DNA of 63,808 nucleotides, the filler included, from Craspedostauros australis (Eukaryota): assembly GCA_030167865.1 (NCBI GenBank). It is 13 parts of 13 records of this genome, joined end to end, with 100 filler letters (N's around TTAATTAATTAA, not from the genome) between each part and the next. Parts side by side here need not be neighbours in the genome. Positions count along the whole stretch, not along the records: positions 51,050 to 54,538 come from JALAGF010003563.1; positions 54,639 to 55,991 come from JALAGF010003565.1; positions 56,092 to 59,112 come from JALAGF010003566.1; positions 59,213 to 61,946 come from JALAGF010003568.1; positions 62,047 to 63,808 come from JALAGF010003583.1; 8 more parts are not named here. One strand, 5' to 3'. Both the position numbers and the translations under genes were made by a program. This document shows, piece after piece, positions 52,819 through 63,808 of the stretch; position 1 is the stretch's first letter, and each line of letters starts with the position of its first letter. The notes below the pieces were generated by a model that saw only the letters and a program-made list of their open reading frames with translations, did not search any database and was not told the origin of the DNA.

Positions 52819-54538
52819 ATGGCGAACTCTACCGAACTTGTCCAAGGCCTCGTGAATGAGGATGGCTCCATCATCGTGGAGGACAACACACAGGACACAA
52901 CCAAGGGCAATGCTGACGATGACACCTCGAGGACCGCAACGGAGAGTGAGACGGAGAACGGGGGAGATGGCCAGTTCGGCCAGGACAGCATCCCAGACCT
53001 CGAGAATGCGCCATGCGACGATTCCGGCAAGCAGCAGGAATTCCCCAAGCCCCACTCGCTGTGGTGCCACCCGCACATGAGTATCATCGATATCATCGTC
53101 TGTTTCCTCTTTCCCTATCTGCTCATAGACCTCTTTGCGATCATGAAAGTCTCACCTCGCCAGATCCATCACGTGGCGCCCGCAAAGAAGTCCGCCTCCA
53201 CCGGCGAAGAATCCAAGGACAAGACCTCTGAGGACTCGCAGAAATCCATCAGCATGCTGCGCGCATCGGCGGTCAAGGTCCAGAACTCGCAGGAGGGACT
53301 CAACCTGAAACAATGGTCCAAGGCCGTCTCCACGCGTGATGATGTCCCCGGCATCGTCGAAGCTGTCTGGAACGTCCCCATCCAACACTCCATTCTCCGG
53401 GATTGGAACATCCTCTCGGCCCAAGATGAGGAAGATCTTCCCCGCGCGCAACCGCAGTTGCAGTCGCACCTGAAGGTCCTGATTCGTTGCCCCACCTTCA
53501 CCTTCACTGCCAAGACTCAGGACAAGATTGCGCAGCAGTTCAAATCCGCCAACAGTGAAGACGCTCCTGTCAAGGATGTCATGGTGTTGGAAGCCAGCGA
53601 CATGCTCAAGTATCTGCAATTCGATTTGGACGATGCCGATCACACCCCCTTCTGGCTGTACTTTCATGGAGGTGGGCTGGTCCTAGGCGACGCGAAGTGC
53701 TCTATGTTGCCCAAGGATGCCATGATCTTGCATCAGCACCAACAGAAGCAACTTGAGTCGGCGCATGGTGAAAAGTAAGTTGCTGTTCCGCTTTGCTGGG
53801 TTGGCGACTTGGGTATGCTGCGCTTTGGACTATCGCAGAGTGCTTGTATGATGTTCCGATCCTTTTTAACTCACATAGTGTACCATCCATGCTGTCTCTC
53901 CCATTGCTCATCGATGCATCTATTCGTACAGTAAACTGCGTCCTATCGTTACCCTCTCGGTGGACTACCGTCGGGCACCTGAACACGTCTTTCCATCTAC
54001 CCACATCGATGGACTCTCCGTCATCGATGCCGTGAGAAAGGAGTTCTTGACCAAGAATCCAAACACACCTCTCCATGTCTACGGACTCAGCGCTGGTGCC
54101 TACATCGCGATGACTTGCACCATGGCGCTCATGCAGTGCGAGGCGGAAGCTGCCAAGGCGTGTGCCAAGCGCATCACAAGGTACGAACGAATGAATCTAC
54201 CAGAGAGTGCTTCGGGGTTGAATCCAGTTGAATTGCCGGATGTTGTGGGAAGTTGTGTTCTATGTGCAGTGATATGCTCGAATGTTCTACATACTCTGCT
54301 CTACTTCACTTCACTTCACTCCACTCTGTACAAACACCTCAGGTTCATCTCTAACTCATCCATCCATCCAAACCACACCGCTCAACTTCACGTGCTTCCA
54401 CACACACTCTCTCCGTGTCTCTATCTATTTCTCCTATTGCAGCCTCAACGGCTCCGTCCCAATGCTGTCGCCCACCACCAACACCCTGAGCTACCACATG
54501 AACCGCATCTCCTGCCGTTCCTGCCCCGTCGGCTTCCT
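52819..54538 (+). CDS. HSL-family (abhydrolase_3) esterase/lipase. Exons 52819-53774, 53932-54180 and 54443->54538.
   Basis: YFHGGG oxyanion motif, VDYRRAPEHVFP, and nucleophile motif GLSAG. In-frame GT-AG joins. Confidence 0.92.
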
Positions 54539-54638
54539 NNNNNNNNNNNNNNNNNNNNNNNNNNNNNNNNNNNNNNNNNNNNTTAATTAATTAANNNNNN
54601 NNNNNNNNNNNNNNNNNNNNNNNNNNNNNNNNNNNNNN

Positions 54639-55538
54639 AAAGCTATCAAAGTTGAAGACAGCAGCATCGGATTTAATGTGGTCTGCGGTCCAGGCGCGAC
54701 GGTCCGTAATGCCTTGGTGTCTCCAGCCACGTACATCGACACCGACCTGATCCACGAACAACGTCACCCCAGTAACAGGTCTCTCACAAATTGTGAATTG
54801 ATTCAGATCACCTTCCTGAGCACGATTCTGTACATCGCCATGATAATCATGATCGCTGCCAGCTTCGTCCCAGCATTCGAGCTGTGGATGCACGCCATCA
54901 AGCCACAAACGCCTTTGAGCGCGGTGCCGGTTGTCGTAACGTGCGTTATCATCCACACTGTCGTCTGGCTCATCCTGTTGCGAGCAGTTGAGACGGTCGC
55001 GCTGGCGGGAAGCAGCAACCGCACCGAACCATGGTGTATTCCATTGTACATGGTCTACCAATCCTTGTGCTACTGGATCCAAATCTGGTCCTTTGCATCA
55101 CTTCTATGGGGCACCGCGATGATGAATGCAGTGCTCCGATTCAAAGGTGCAGATGTACAGGGAAGGTTGCTGTATTTTGGTTCTTGCGTTTGCGAAACTG
55201 CCCTGGTGACATTCAGTGATGGGAGTGTGGTGGACGAATCAAGCATCGCTGGTCATTACGGCGAATTCTTGACGCTGACTCTCGGAAAATGTTTCATCGA
55301 CGGCGTCATGCACCAACAAGCATTTGCTCTGGCGAGGAGGGAACCAACACAACCAGGCGGAAGCCTGATTGAGCATCGTCCAGGGAAGATGGTTGGTGAC
55401 GATCAAGCATCGTGCAAGGGACAACTGCGATTACCGCCCATCTTGGCGTTGGTCGAAGAAGGCCGCGGGTCCACTGACCCAGGAACTGCGCTCGATCGTT
55501 GCAGTATGCAAGATCTGGATACCACTGCACAATCCTGA
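54639..55538 (+). CDS. C-terminal fragment of a membrane protein resembling the Pls/PosA NRPS terminal domain (TM helices alternating with left-handed beta-helix-like repeats)
   Basis: The frame is open from the contig start: AIKVEDSSIGFNVVCGPGATVRNALVSP, then 2-3 TM segments, then LWGTAMMNAVLRFKGADV...LVTFSDGSVVDESSIAGH. Confidence 0.55.
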   Translation, partial: KAIKVEDSSIGFNVVCGPGATVRNALVSPATYIDTDLIHEQRHPSNRSLTNCELIQITFLSTILYIAMIIMIAASFVPAFELWMHAIKPQTPLSAVPVVVTCVIIHTVVWLILLRAVETVALAGSSNRTEPWCIPLYMVYQSLCYWIQIWSFASLLWGTAMMNAVLRFKGADVQGRLLYFGSCVCETALVTFSDGSVVDESSIAGHYGEFLTLTLGKCFIDGVMHQQAFALARREPTQPGGSLIEHRPGKMVGDDQASCKGQLRLPPILALVEEGRGSTDPGTALDRCSMQDLDTTAQS

Positions 55539-56091
55539 ACGATTCGATCAGATTCAGGTTATCATTGTTTCGGGCGGGACAGACTGGTCAAGGCCTTCTC
55601 CACGAGNNNNNNNNNNNNNNNNNNNNNNNNNNNNNGGCGCCCTCATGGACGTGATTATATGTCGTATTCTACGCAAGTATTAGTTTTCTATACCGCTCTA
55701 CTTCTTCTCTGGCTCTTCTTCGATGGCCACCTTCGGCTTCGAACATCCAGAGTGCTATGCTGTCAACAACAACTCCTGGAGATCAGTGCCATTGGCTGTC
55801 TCACTGGCCTTGATGAATGACATGTCGCCAGAGCAGATGTACTGGAGGATGCATCGTATGTGTTTTGAGTGATGTTGAGGCAGAATCATGGTCACATGTT
55901 GGGAGCTGTCATCTGTGCTTGTTTGGACAGTACCGGAATCAATGATTGCTTTGATTTCATGGTAGAGCGAATGAGAAGATAGCAACGTCCGNNNNNNNNN
56001 NNNNNNNNNNNNNNNNNNNNNNNNNNNNNNNNNNNTTAATTAATTAANNNNNNNNNNNNNNNNNNNNNNNNNNNNNNNNNNNNNNNNNNNN

Positions 56092-56991
56092 AAAGCTATC
56101 AAAGTTGAAGACAGCAGCATCGGATTTAATGTGGTCTGCGGTCCAGGCGCGACGGTCCGTAATGCCTTGGTGTCTCCAGCCACGTACATCGACACCGACC
56201 TGATCCACGAACAACGTCACCCCAGTAACAGGTCTCTCACAAATTGTGAATTGATTCAGATCACCTTCCTGAGCACGATTCTGTACATCGCCATGATAAT
56301 CATGATCGCTGCCAGCTTCGTCCCAGCATTCGAGCTGTGGATGCACGCCATCAAGCCACAAACGCCTTTGAGCGCGGTGCCGGTTGTCGTAACGTGCGTT
56401 ATCATCCACACTGTCGTCTGGCTCATCCTGTTGCGAGCAGTTGAGACGGTCGCGCTGGCGGGAAGCAGCAACCGCACCGAACCATGGTGTATTCCATTGT
56501 ACATGGTCTACCAATCCTTGTGCTACTGGATCCAAATCTGGTCCTTTGCATCACTTCTATGGGGCACCGCGATGATGAATGCAGTGCTCCGATTCAAAGG
56601 TGCAGATGTACAGGGAAGGTTGCTGTATTTTGGTTCTTGCGTTTGCGAAACTGCCCTGGTGACATTCAGTGATGGGAGTGTGGTGGACGAATCAAGCATC
56701 GCTGGTCATTACGGCGAATTCTTGACGCTGACTCTCGGAAAATGTTTCATCGACGGCGTCATGCACCAACAAGCATTTGCTCTGGCGAGGAGGGAACCAA
56801 CACAACCAGGCGGAAGCCTGATTGAGCATCGTCCAGGGAAGATGGTTGGTGACGATCAAGCATCGTGCAAGGGACAACTGCGATTACCGCCCATCTTGGC
56901 GTTGGTCGAAGAAGGCCGCGGGTCCACTGACCCAGGAACTGCGCTCGATCGTTGCAGTATGCAAGATCTGGATACCACTGCACAATCCTGA
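56092..56991 (+). CDS. Second copy of the Pls/PosA-like C-terminal fragment. 56092-57444 duplicates 54639-55991.
   Basis: Identical translation at a constant offset of 1453. Scattered SNPs were seen only in the downstream part. Confidence 0.55.
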   Translation, partial: KAIKVEDSSIGFNVVCGPGATVRNALVSPATYIDTDLIHEQRHPSNRSLTNCELIQITFLSTILYIAMIIMIAASFVPAFELWMHAIKPQTPLSAVPVVVTCVIIHTVVWLILLRAVETVALAGSSNRTEPWCIPLYMVYQSLCYWIQIWSFASLLWGTAMMNAVLRFKGADVQGRLLYFGSCVCETALVTFSDGSVVDESSIAGHYGEFLTLTLGKCFIDGVMHQQAFALARREPTQPGGSLIEHRPGKMVGDDQASCKGQLRLPPILALVEEGRGSTDPGTALDRCSMQDLDTTAQS

Positions 56992-57129
56992 ACGATTCGA
57001 TCAGATTCAGGTTATCATTGTTTCGGGCGGGACAGACTGGTCAAGGCCTTCTCCACGAGTGCACTGTTGCTGTGCTGTCTTCACGAGTGGCGCCCTCATG
57101 GAAGTGATTACATGTCGTATTCTACGCAA

Positions 57130-58400
57130 GTATTAGTTTTCTATATCTCTCTACTTCTTCTCTGGCTCTTCTTCGATGGCCACCTTCGGCTTCGAACATC
57201 TAGAGTGCTATGCTGTCAACAACAACTCCTGGAGATCAGTGCCATTGGCTGTCTCACCGGCCTTGATGAATGACATGTCGCCAGAGCAGATGTACTGGAG
57301 GATGCATCGTACGTGCTTTGAGTGATGTTGAGGCAGAATCATGGTCACGTGTTGGGAGCCGTCATCTGTGCTTGTTTGGACAGTACCGGAATCAATGATT
57401 GCTTTGATTTCATGGTAGAGCGAATGAGAAGATAGCAACGTCCGCTTTTGATGGCTTGTTGTGTGTGTCCAGATCCAACCAAGAAGGTGGCGTCGGTCAT
57501 GACCTCGTCGCTGGGAGTGTGGGATTCGTTCTGGTCAATACTTGTGCTTGTGTCAGTGCTGGCACTTGAAAATTTGGTGTGCGACAGGGGGCTGGATTCT
57601 GCGGTGGCGATCTGTTCCTTTGACAGCCGTCCCCGACCCTTTGCCCTCTGCCTGATCAATTCGTCATAGAAAATGGAAGCATACGTGTAAACCTCTCGGT
57701 TTCGTATCACCAATCGTTGGCACTGTAGTCAGTCATCAAAATCACCATCAATACACTCAAATGCGGTCATGCCACATTTATTGGTCATGCTGGGATCCGT
57801 TCCGCACGATCCGAGCAAATACTTCAAACTGCTCGGCATCGACATCATCAGGTTCGGTGAGTGCGAGATGGAGCACAGTGTCACCGCTACTTGTTTTGAA
57901 TGTTGATGCCGACATCGTGTGACTCCATGAAGTACTTCGTGACATCTTCAGACTTGCAAAAACATGCGATGTGAGATGGAAGGTGACCGTAGTGGTCTTC
58001 ACCGTTGATGTCCGTGTCATCCGACATCTGCCAGAACTTCACAGTACGTGTGTCGTTATCGTGGCATGCGGATTGGAGAGCAGACACGCTAGATTCGCTT
58101 TGAGCGTTCACATCAACTCCATGTGAATCGATCAAGTTGACCTCCGTAGCATGCATTGCGCAGTGCGTAGCGCATCACCCAGCTGCCATCCTCCATATTC
58201 GCTATGAAGTCTTCAAACAAATATTATACTTGGTAAGGGTCCAGATGCCAATAGTTGCATGTATTGCACAGAAGGGTCTCATCGTATTTATGCTTGGCCA
58301 AACACCACGTTTTGGTTTCTGCCGCTTGCTACGTCTGACAGTCTGGGGATCTCCATCTTCAATGCAATCAGAAGACCCTTCGTTGCGATTCCGGCATCTG
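57130..58400 (-). pseudogene. Ankyrin-repeat + BTB/POZ pseudogene (partial second copy at about 55680-55991)
   Basis: Ankyrin motifs are spread over different frames (GVDVNAQSESSVSALQSAC, DINGEDHYGHLPSHIAC, SGDTVLHLAL). BTB motifs (TDATFLVG, KHVRCILQYICSGDM, LQELLLTA*) are broken by frameshifts and stops. Confidence 0.7.
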
Positions 58401-59212
58401 AGCTGTCGACGCCTTCATCGCCAACATCTCCGTTGTTGCTGTTCGCGTTGCGGGAACTGCTACGACCGAGGAAACGTTGAGCGTTTGGCTGTGGCATTAC
58501 TCTCCTGATACCTCTGGGGAACGACGCGCGGCTGTACGAGGATACGATGAATCCAGGAACATCGTTGCTTGTGCTCGCAGCGAGTCGCTCGTCAATGGAG
58601 CATAGTACCGTATGCGATGTTGATGCGGCTGATGTTGACAACGAACCCAAGTATTTTATGGGACGAATCTGCCATGCACTCTTCTATTTGCTTTTCTGTC
58701 CTTTTTTGTCCACGATAGATACAAGTAGTTGTGTTGATGTACTTACGAGTACTCGTCCGAGTTACTCAAACTCGTGACTTAACGTCCGAAGTTGTTGGTA
58801 CAACTACGGCTATGTCCGACTTTTTCGAGACAAGTTTGGTCAGTGCATGGATTTGTATCGCAGGAACATGTTGAGGTTGAGGAGAGGCCCGGCAATGGCA
58901 CAGATTGCATCAGACATCGGCATCGTAATCTCCGCACTATAATACTCTGACACAGTACTCGTGGAACTGTTGATTGTGTTCGTTGAAATTCGTTGATGGA
59001 TGTCGTTAATGTTACGTGCAGAATAAGCATGCTGTTATGACATGCGTGCTTCGCATCTCATTTGATTGAGCGAGATCTGGATGTGGGGTTCCTCACCCTT
59101 TGGTGAGATGGGNNNNNNNNNNNNNNNNNNNNNNNNNNNNNNNNNNNNNNNNNNNNTTAATTAATTAANNNNNNNNNNNNNNNNNNNNNNNNNNNNNNNN
59201 NNNNNNNNNNNN

Positions 59213-59816
59213 GTGGGATTTCCAGAACAAAGTCGGAGGGGAAGGGTACGATCCGCTGTCGGAGTGGAACCGATTGCGCGAGGAAGGCAAGATCACGGTC
59301 GGATCGGAGTTGGAGCGCGATGAGTCCAGCAGCCGGCTGGGCAGCGAAGGGTTGGTCGACGTGCGTGTCGATGAGCGCATGCCATGCAAGTCGGCGCGAT
59401 TGGAGTTGAGGTGGAGTACTCTGGAGAGTAGCGAAGATGCGAGCAACGAATGCGTTGAAAGGTAGTGTTTGAAGAATGGACCAAACGCTTTGATTGCCGG
59501 TGATTCCAAACTTGCATGCACGCCCTTCCGGTGATAATGCTCGTGACATTGCTGACTCGTATGGTGCACGTCTTGTTCTCGTTTCTCGATTTGTTTTCTC
59601 CTCACTTTATGTGTTGAAAATGAGGTTCCGAACTATTGTACAATACGACTATGAACGAATACTGCAGACATCGATCCAGGATACGTCGACGACAACGCTG
59701 ATTCTATGGAAAGCATAAGGATTTTCCAGGGTTGCCGTCATCGTTGGTTGTTGCGAAATGCGATGAGTTTGATTTTGCTGCGAGCTATCACAGAATCCAC
59801 TCTGCGCTCTGGATGA
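59213..59816 (+). CDS. 3' part of a hypothetical protein with a probable GC-AG intron. Exons <59213-59385 and 59668-59816.
   Basis: Coding-like frame ...YDPLSEWNRLREEGKI...VRVDERMP. A GCAAGT donor and CTGCAG acceptor join to give MPYIDPGYVDDNAD. Confidence 0.55.
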
Positions 59817-60400
59817 TGGCGTCGCGGCGACTCAAGGTGCTAGTTTCTCATGTCTGCGTTCCATTCAATTGCGAAACTCTGTGATTGTTTCTCACGTCCC
59901 CGCCGCCACGATTGTCATCTTAGCCCATCATCGTCCTCGTTGCGGTCGTCGTCGCAACCAAATGGCGACGAGCAGTTCATGGACATCATTAGAAACAAGA
60001 AGAACAAGGACAAGGGCAGGAAATGAAGCAGCGACGGCTATAGCAGCAGTTGCTGCAGCAATGTACGAGTGCGTCGGTAGAGTAGAACATGATTTATCAA
60101 AGAATGAATATTGCATGTTATGTACATAATATGCGAGCTCTGATTGCGTCATCTTGGCTTGTAATCCATCCTTTTCTATTGAGCGTTGGTGTCGATCAGA
60201 ACAATACTACTCGTAGCATGTACATAGGAGGAGGTTGAAGCAGGACGGACGCACGAATCTCAGAAGGAAACAAATTGCCAACATGAAGTGGGTCGGCGAG
60301 AAAATGCTTCGATGTTGTGGAAGCAAAAGAGAATAGTGCGTCATATGATTATACATCGCATTCTGCATGCTAGTGTTACGACGAAGACCCCTTGCATCCA

Positions 60401-61135
60401 TCAGCCCTCCAACTTTACAACGCTCGATCGATTGCAACGCCGTTGACTATTGTGCCAATTGAGGTAGACGTTCCATGTGCTGCCGACGGCGGCCGTGTAC
60501 AGCACGCGATAGGCAGGCGCGATGAAGGTGAAATTGAAGGAATTGACGACGGGCCAGAACACGCATCCTGCCATGAGGGCTTCGGGCACCTTAGTTTGGG
60601 TGCGCTGCGCGACTGCCTGCGATAGCGTCGTCGTCGTCGCCGTCATCGTGGATGACTGCGTCTGCGTCTGCGTCGGCAACAAGGCATCATGGAAATAATG
60701 CGTCACGGCCAAGTACGTGAACAGCGCCAGTAGGTACGGCGGAAAGACGAAGACCTGACCGCCCATGGTCTTCTTGAGAACGGCCCGCATCTGTTGCGAC
60801 GACGTCGCCGATGGTGGTGGCAACGGAAAGTACTTGTCCAGCATGATGAATCCAAAGTGCAAGAAAGGTCCGTGCAGCAGCAATCCGGCCGCCGTCCATT
60901 GAATCGTCCGGAATTGGTCCAATGATTGCAATTGTTCGTTGGCGGATTGCAGCATCGGAATGGATGACGTTGGGATGAAACGATCGGCTGCATGTTGCGC
61001 TTCTATCTTCTCGCTGCTGCCGACATCATCTGCTGCACTGCCATCGGCAATCATCTTCTGCGTCACGATGTCCGCGATGCACATGATGGTACCTGATTGC
61101 AGGCCTGCCTTCACGACGGGTGGAATGCGCGCCAT
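60401..61135 (-). CDS. Mpv17/PMP22 family membrane protein
   Basis: ADIVTQ, LHGPFLHFGF..LD, KKTMGGQVFVFPP and FWPVVNSFNFTFI...YRVLY...WNVYL motifs. Confidence 0.9.
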   Translation of the reverse strand: MARIPPVVKAGLQSGTIMCIADIVTQKMIADGSAADDVGSSEKIEAQHAADRFIPTSSIPMLQSANEQLQSLDQFRTIQWTAAGLLLHGPFLHFGFIMLDKYFPLPPPSATSSQQMRAVLKKTMGGQVFVFPPYLLALFTYLAVTHYFHDALLPTQTQTQSSTMTATTTTLSQAVAQRTQTKVPEALMAGCVFWPVVNSFNFTFIAPAYRVLYTAAVGSTWNVYLNWHNSQRRCNRSSVVKLEG

Positions 61136-62670
61136 GATGCCTGGTGTTTGTTACGATGCTCAATCCTCCGGATCACGAGTATGATCATGAGTCGTCCTTG
61201 TGGTGATGCATTGCCATGGACTCGTGATGTGGAGCAACATCATGCCTTGCGGGTCCCCTGCTCATGAAACATGGTCATTGTCGCAACAGCAGAAATGCCG
61301 CAACACGTCAATCACTTTTGGCGCGTCGGTGTTGTTGTTCTTGTGATGGGTCACGAGTATCCAGGATTCAATGGGAAGAACCGGCGACGTCTAGACTTAT
61401 ACTAAGACTAGAGAGAGAACAGGAGATGTCTGTTTTCCTCTCATGTGGACTTCAATCAATCAATCAATCACCCAGGACCGTCCGGTACTTGGATTAGTCG
61501 TGGATAAATAAGACGGTTTATTGTTCGACTCATTAGACTACTACAATATCAGTTTCGTAGGTTCGCGTTTCAATCCTGCGGAAACATGCTTGGAGACTGA
61601 ATATAACGTTTTGATCAATTTCGTAACGGTTTGAGAGCAGGACAGGCCAGCCAACACGGAACACTTGAGTGTCTTCCTGTCACCGTTCTGAATCAGAATG
61701 CTCATTCTGAATTCAGAATCAGAACTTCTGAAGTTCTGAATCCGTTCTGACTCTGTTCTGAATCCATTCTGATAGTCTGAATGCTGTCGCGGATGCAAGT
61801 CAAGTTCTGCACAAGATTGTCGTTATTTGAAACATGGCGCATAACATCTACTAACGCCTTCGTAACATGACAAGTTGGTAACACAACAGCCGCTTCTTCG
61901 TTGTTTGCTTCCAAGCACCCACACGCAAATAATCGATAGCTACTTCNNNNNNNNNNNNNNNNNNNNNNNNNNNNNNNNNNNNNNNNNNNNTTAATTAATT
62001 AANNNNNNNNNNNNNNNNNNNNNNNNNNNNNNNNNNNNNNNNNNNNTTATACATCGTACGACAGCTGCTGCAACGGCATCAACAACAGGGCGAACGCCAA
62101 CAGCGACGCCAATCGTACGGCCAACTACCACGCGAAGTGCAGGGGCAAACGGAGAAGGAAACGACTGCAATTGCCATCACGCCGATGAACATGGCATGAC
62201 CGTGACGGTGATTCTTGTTAGTGGATTCCCTGCATGCGTTGCATCTCACACAGCAGCCATCGTTTTCACATCAAACGACGCTCATTCAGTAGCGACCGAT
62301 GTCAACATCAGCGCCGACACGTTTTTGACAACATCTTGACATGTCAGAAGACGCAACTGGACAGCAACCCGCCGACGCCAAGTAGCAGTCGGAATGGAGC
62401 GTCAAGCTACGACATCGGCGCGATCTGCGGTTGGAGCGATGACGCTCGTTGATCGCAGGAGGTTCCATCCATTTGGTACTTGTAACCACCATCCGATCAG
62501 AGACCATGCCAGACTATCACATCAACCCATCCCAAACTACACCCCAAACCCGGATAACAGTATAGACGCCGTGACACTACATTCAAATAGATGCCATGCC
62601 AGGCCGTATCTATACCACTATGTCGCGGCATCGCTGATCGCTACATCTCTTTTATAACCGCATCCGGCAC

Positions 62671-62701
<31 letters not shown>

Positions 62702-63371
62702 AGAGAGAAAGAGAGCAAAGAGGGACGTCGGGATCTCAAAAGACCTTTCTCGGTCACGTCTTTCCACTCAACATCACATCAATTCTGCAGATTCAAACAG
62801 GCTCATCCGCCAGTACTGCCCATGGCCATGCTCGACCTCGAACCAGAGGTGCCTGCGATCCATCCATCCATCCATCCATCCATCCATCCAAACAATGATC
62901 TTCCAATTTGACTGCAGCCGCATGCAGGAAAGGTTGGAATGTCTTTGTCCAACTGATGGAGCAAGAATCGGAGATTGTGAGAAGGTCTGTGGTGTCTGCC
63001 GCGCAGTTGGATGGCTTGAGAGCGGCACCGACATGACAAAATCCGGCTAAGTAACTCGTGATTCGAGTATCTGCGTTCTATCGCCTTCGTGTCGCAACGC
63101 TCTCTTGGCCTTTACCAGGTGTGTCTCTCATAAGACACAAAGGCTTGACAGCGATGTTTCGTGGGCGATTGCATTTTCATGCTCACAAAACGAAGCCGAC
63201 AAACAACACCACACCACACCACACCACACCACACCACACCACACCACACCGCACATCAAATCAAATCATCCGCAAACACAAACTCAACGACAGGAACGGC
63301 AGCAACGAATGCAAAAACATCTCGAAGCCAAAAATCGCCCGCAACACCGAGAACATTGCCATAAATCTGAC

Positions 63372-63808
63372 ATGGGCTCTCCCACAACCTCCACCTCCAC
63401 CTCAGCTTCAGCCGCATCCGCAGCCACACTCACAACCAAAACAAACAGGCACATATCGCAGCGCATCACGATGCAACAGCAACAGAAAAAGTCAGGACAA
63501 TGGGGGCAACAGCCTTGGCGACGATCGCCAGTATCATCCTTCGAGCATATCGGCCGCATGAAGACAGAAGACAAGGTTGATCGCGTTCTTCCCGACTCCT
63601 TCACTCCGAAACCTGACCATGTGATCTGCGCGAGAGGCACGGGATACTGGCACCATCAAGGAAACGTCATGTACAGACATCTCATCGAGAACGCTATCCC
63701 ACGATACACGAAGACAACTTTCCGACTGCAAAAGAGCATCATCGTTTCCGAGATTGCCGATGCTATCGACGCATGGTCACCGCACAGCGGATTCGTCAAG
63801 CGCAGCGC
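63372..63808 (+). CDS. DUF6824-type domain protein (diatom-expanded family), 3' truncated; start at 63372 or 63558
   Basis: LPDSFTPKPDHVICARG...HHQGNVMYRHLI...Y....RLQKSIIVSEIADAI...GFVK. It is absent from the ORF track because there is no stop codon in the window. Confidence 0.75.
   Translation, partial: MGSPTTSTSTSASAASAATLTTKTNRHISQRITMQQQQKKSGQWGQQPWRRSPVSSFEHIGRMKTEDKVDRVLPDSFTPKPDHVICARGTGYWHHQGNVMYRHLIENAIPRYTKTTFRLQKSIIVSEIADAIDAWSPHSGFVKRS

Noticed and set aside
54639..57444. Tandem duplication of the Pls-like and BTB segment
   Set aside because: The copies are on separate contigs starting at the same base, which fits two haplotypes or an assembly bubble better.

Overview
This is eukaryotic, intron-containing DNA, most likely from a diatom (inferred from the HSF and DUF6824-type genes, CoDi-like Copia gag/RT, RxL-processed secreted protein and ASAF plastid signal). 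It is not one locus. It is 13 contigs joined by artificial 100-nt spacers (N44-TTAATTAATTAA-N44), so adjacency across spacers means nothing. Recognisable genes are a heat-shock factor, a GRDP/DUF1399 protein carrying two WWE domains, a giant modular secreted Cys-rich protein with many RxL motifs and KxxK lysines, an HSL-type esterase, a mitochondrial carrier, an SPPL protease, Sec24, selenoprotein K (UGA-Sec plus a candidate SECIS, missed by the ORF track), TRAPPC5, an Mpv17/PMP22 protein, a Pls/PosA-NRPS-like C-terminal fragment and a DUF6824 protein. There are also BTB and ankyrin-BTB pseudogenes, one decayed and one apparently intact Copia element, and a modular TGTT...AACA repeat family. 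Two contigs close on themselves (about 7.7 kb and 3.4 kb units), which points to collapsed tandem arrays or mis-scaffolding. All family assignments come from motif recognition by eye; no database search was run.
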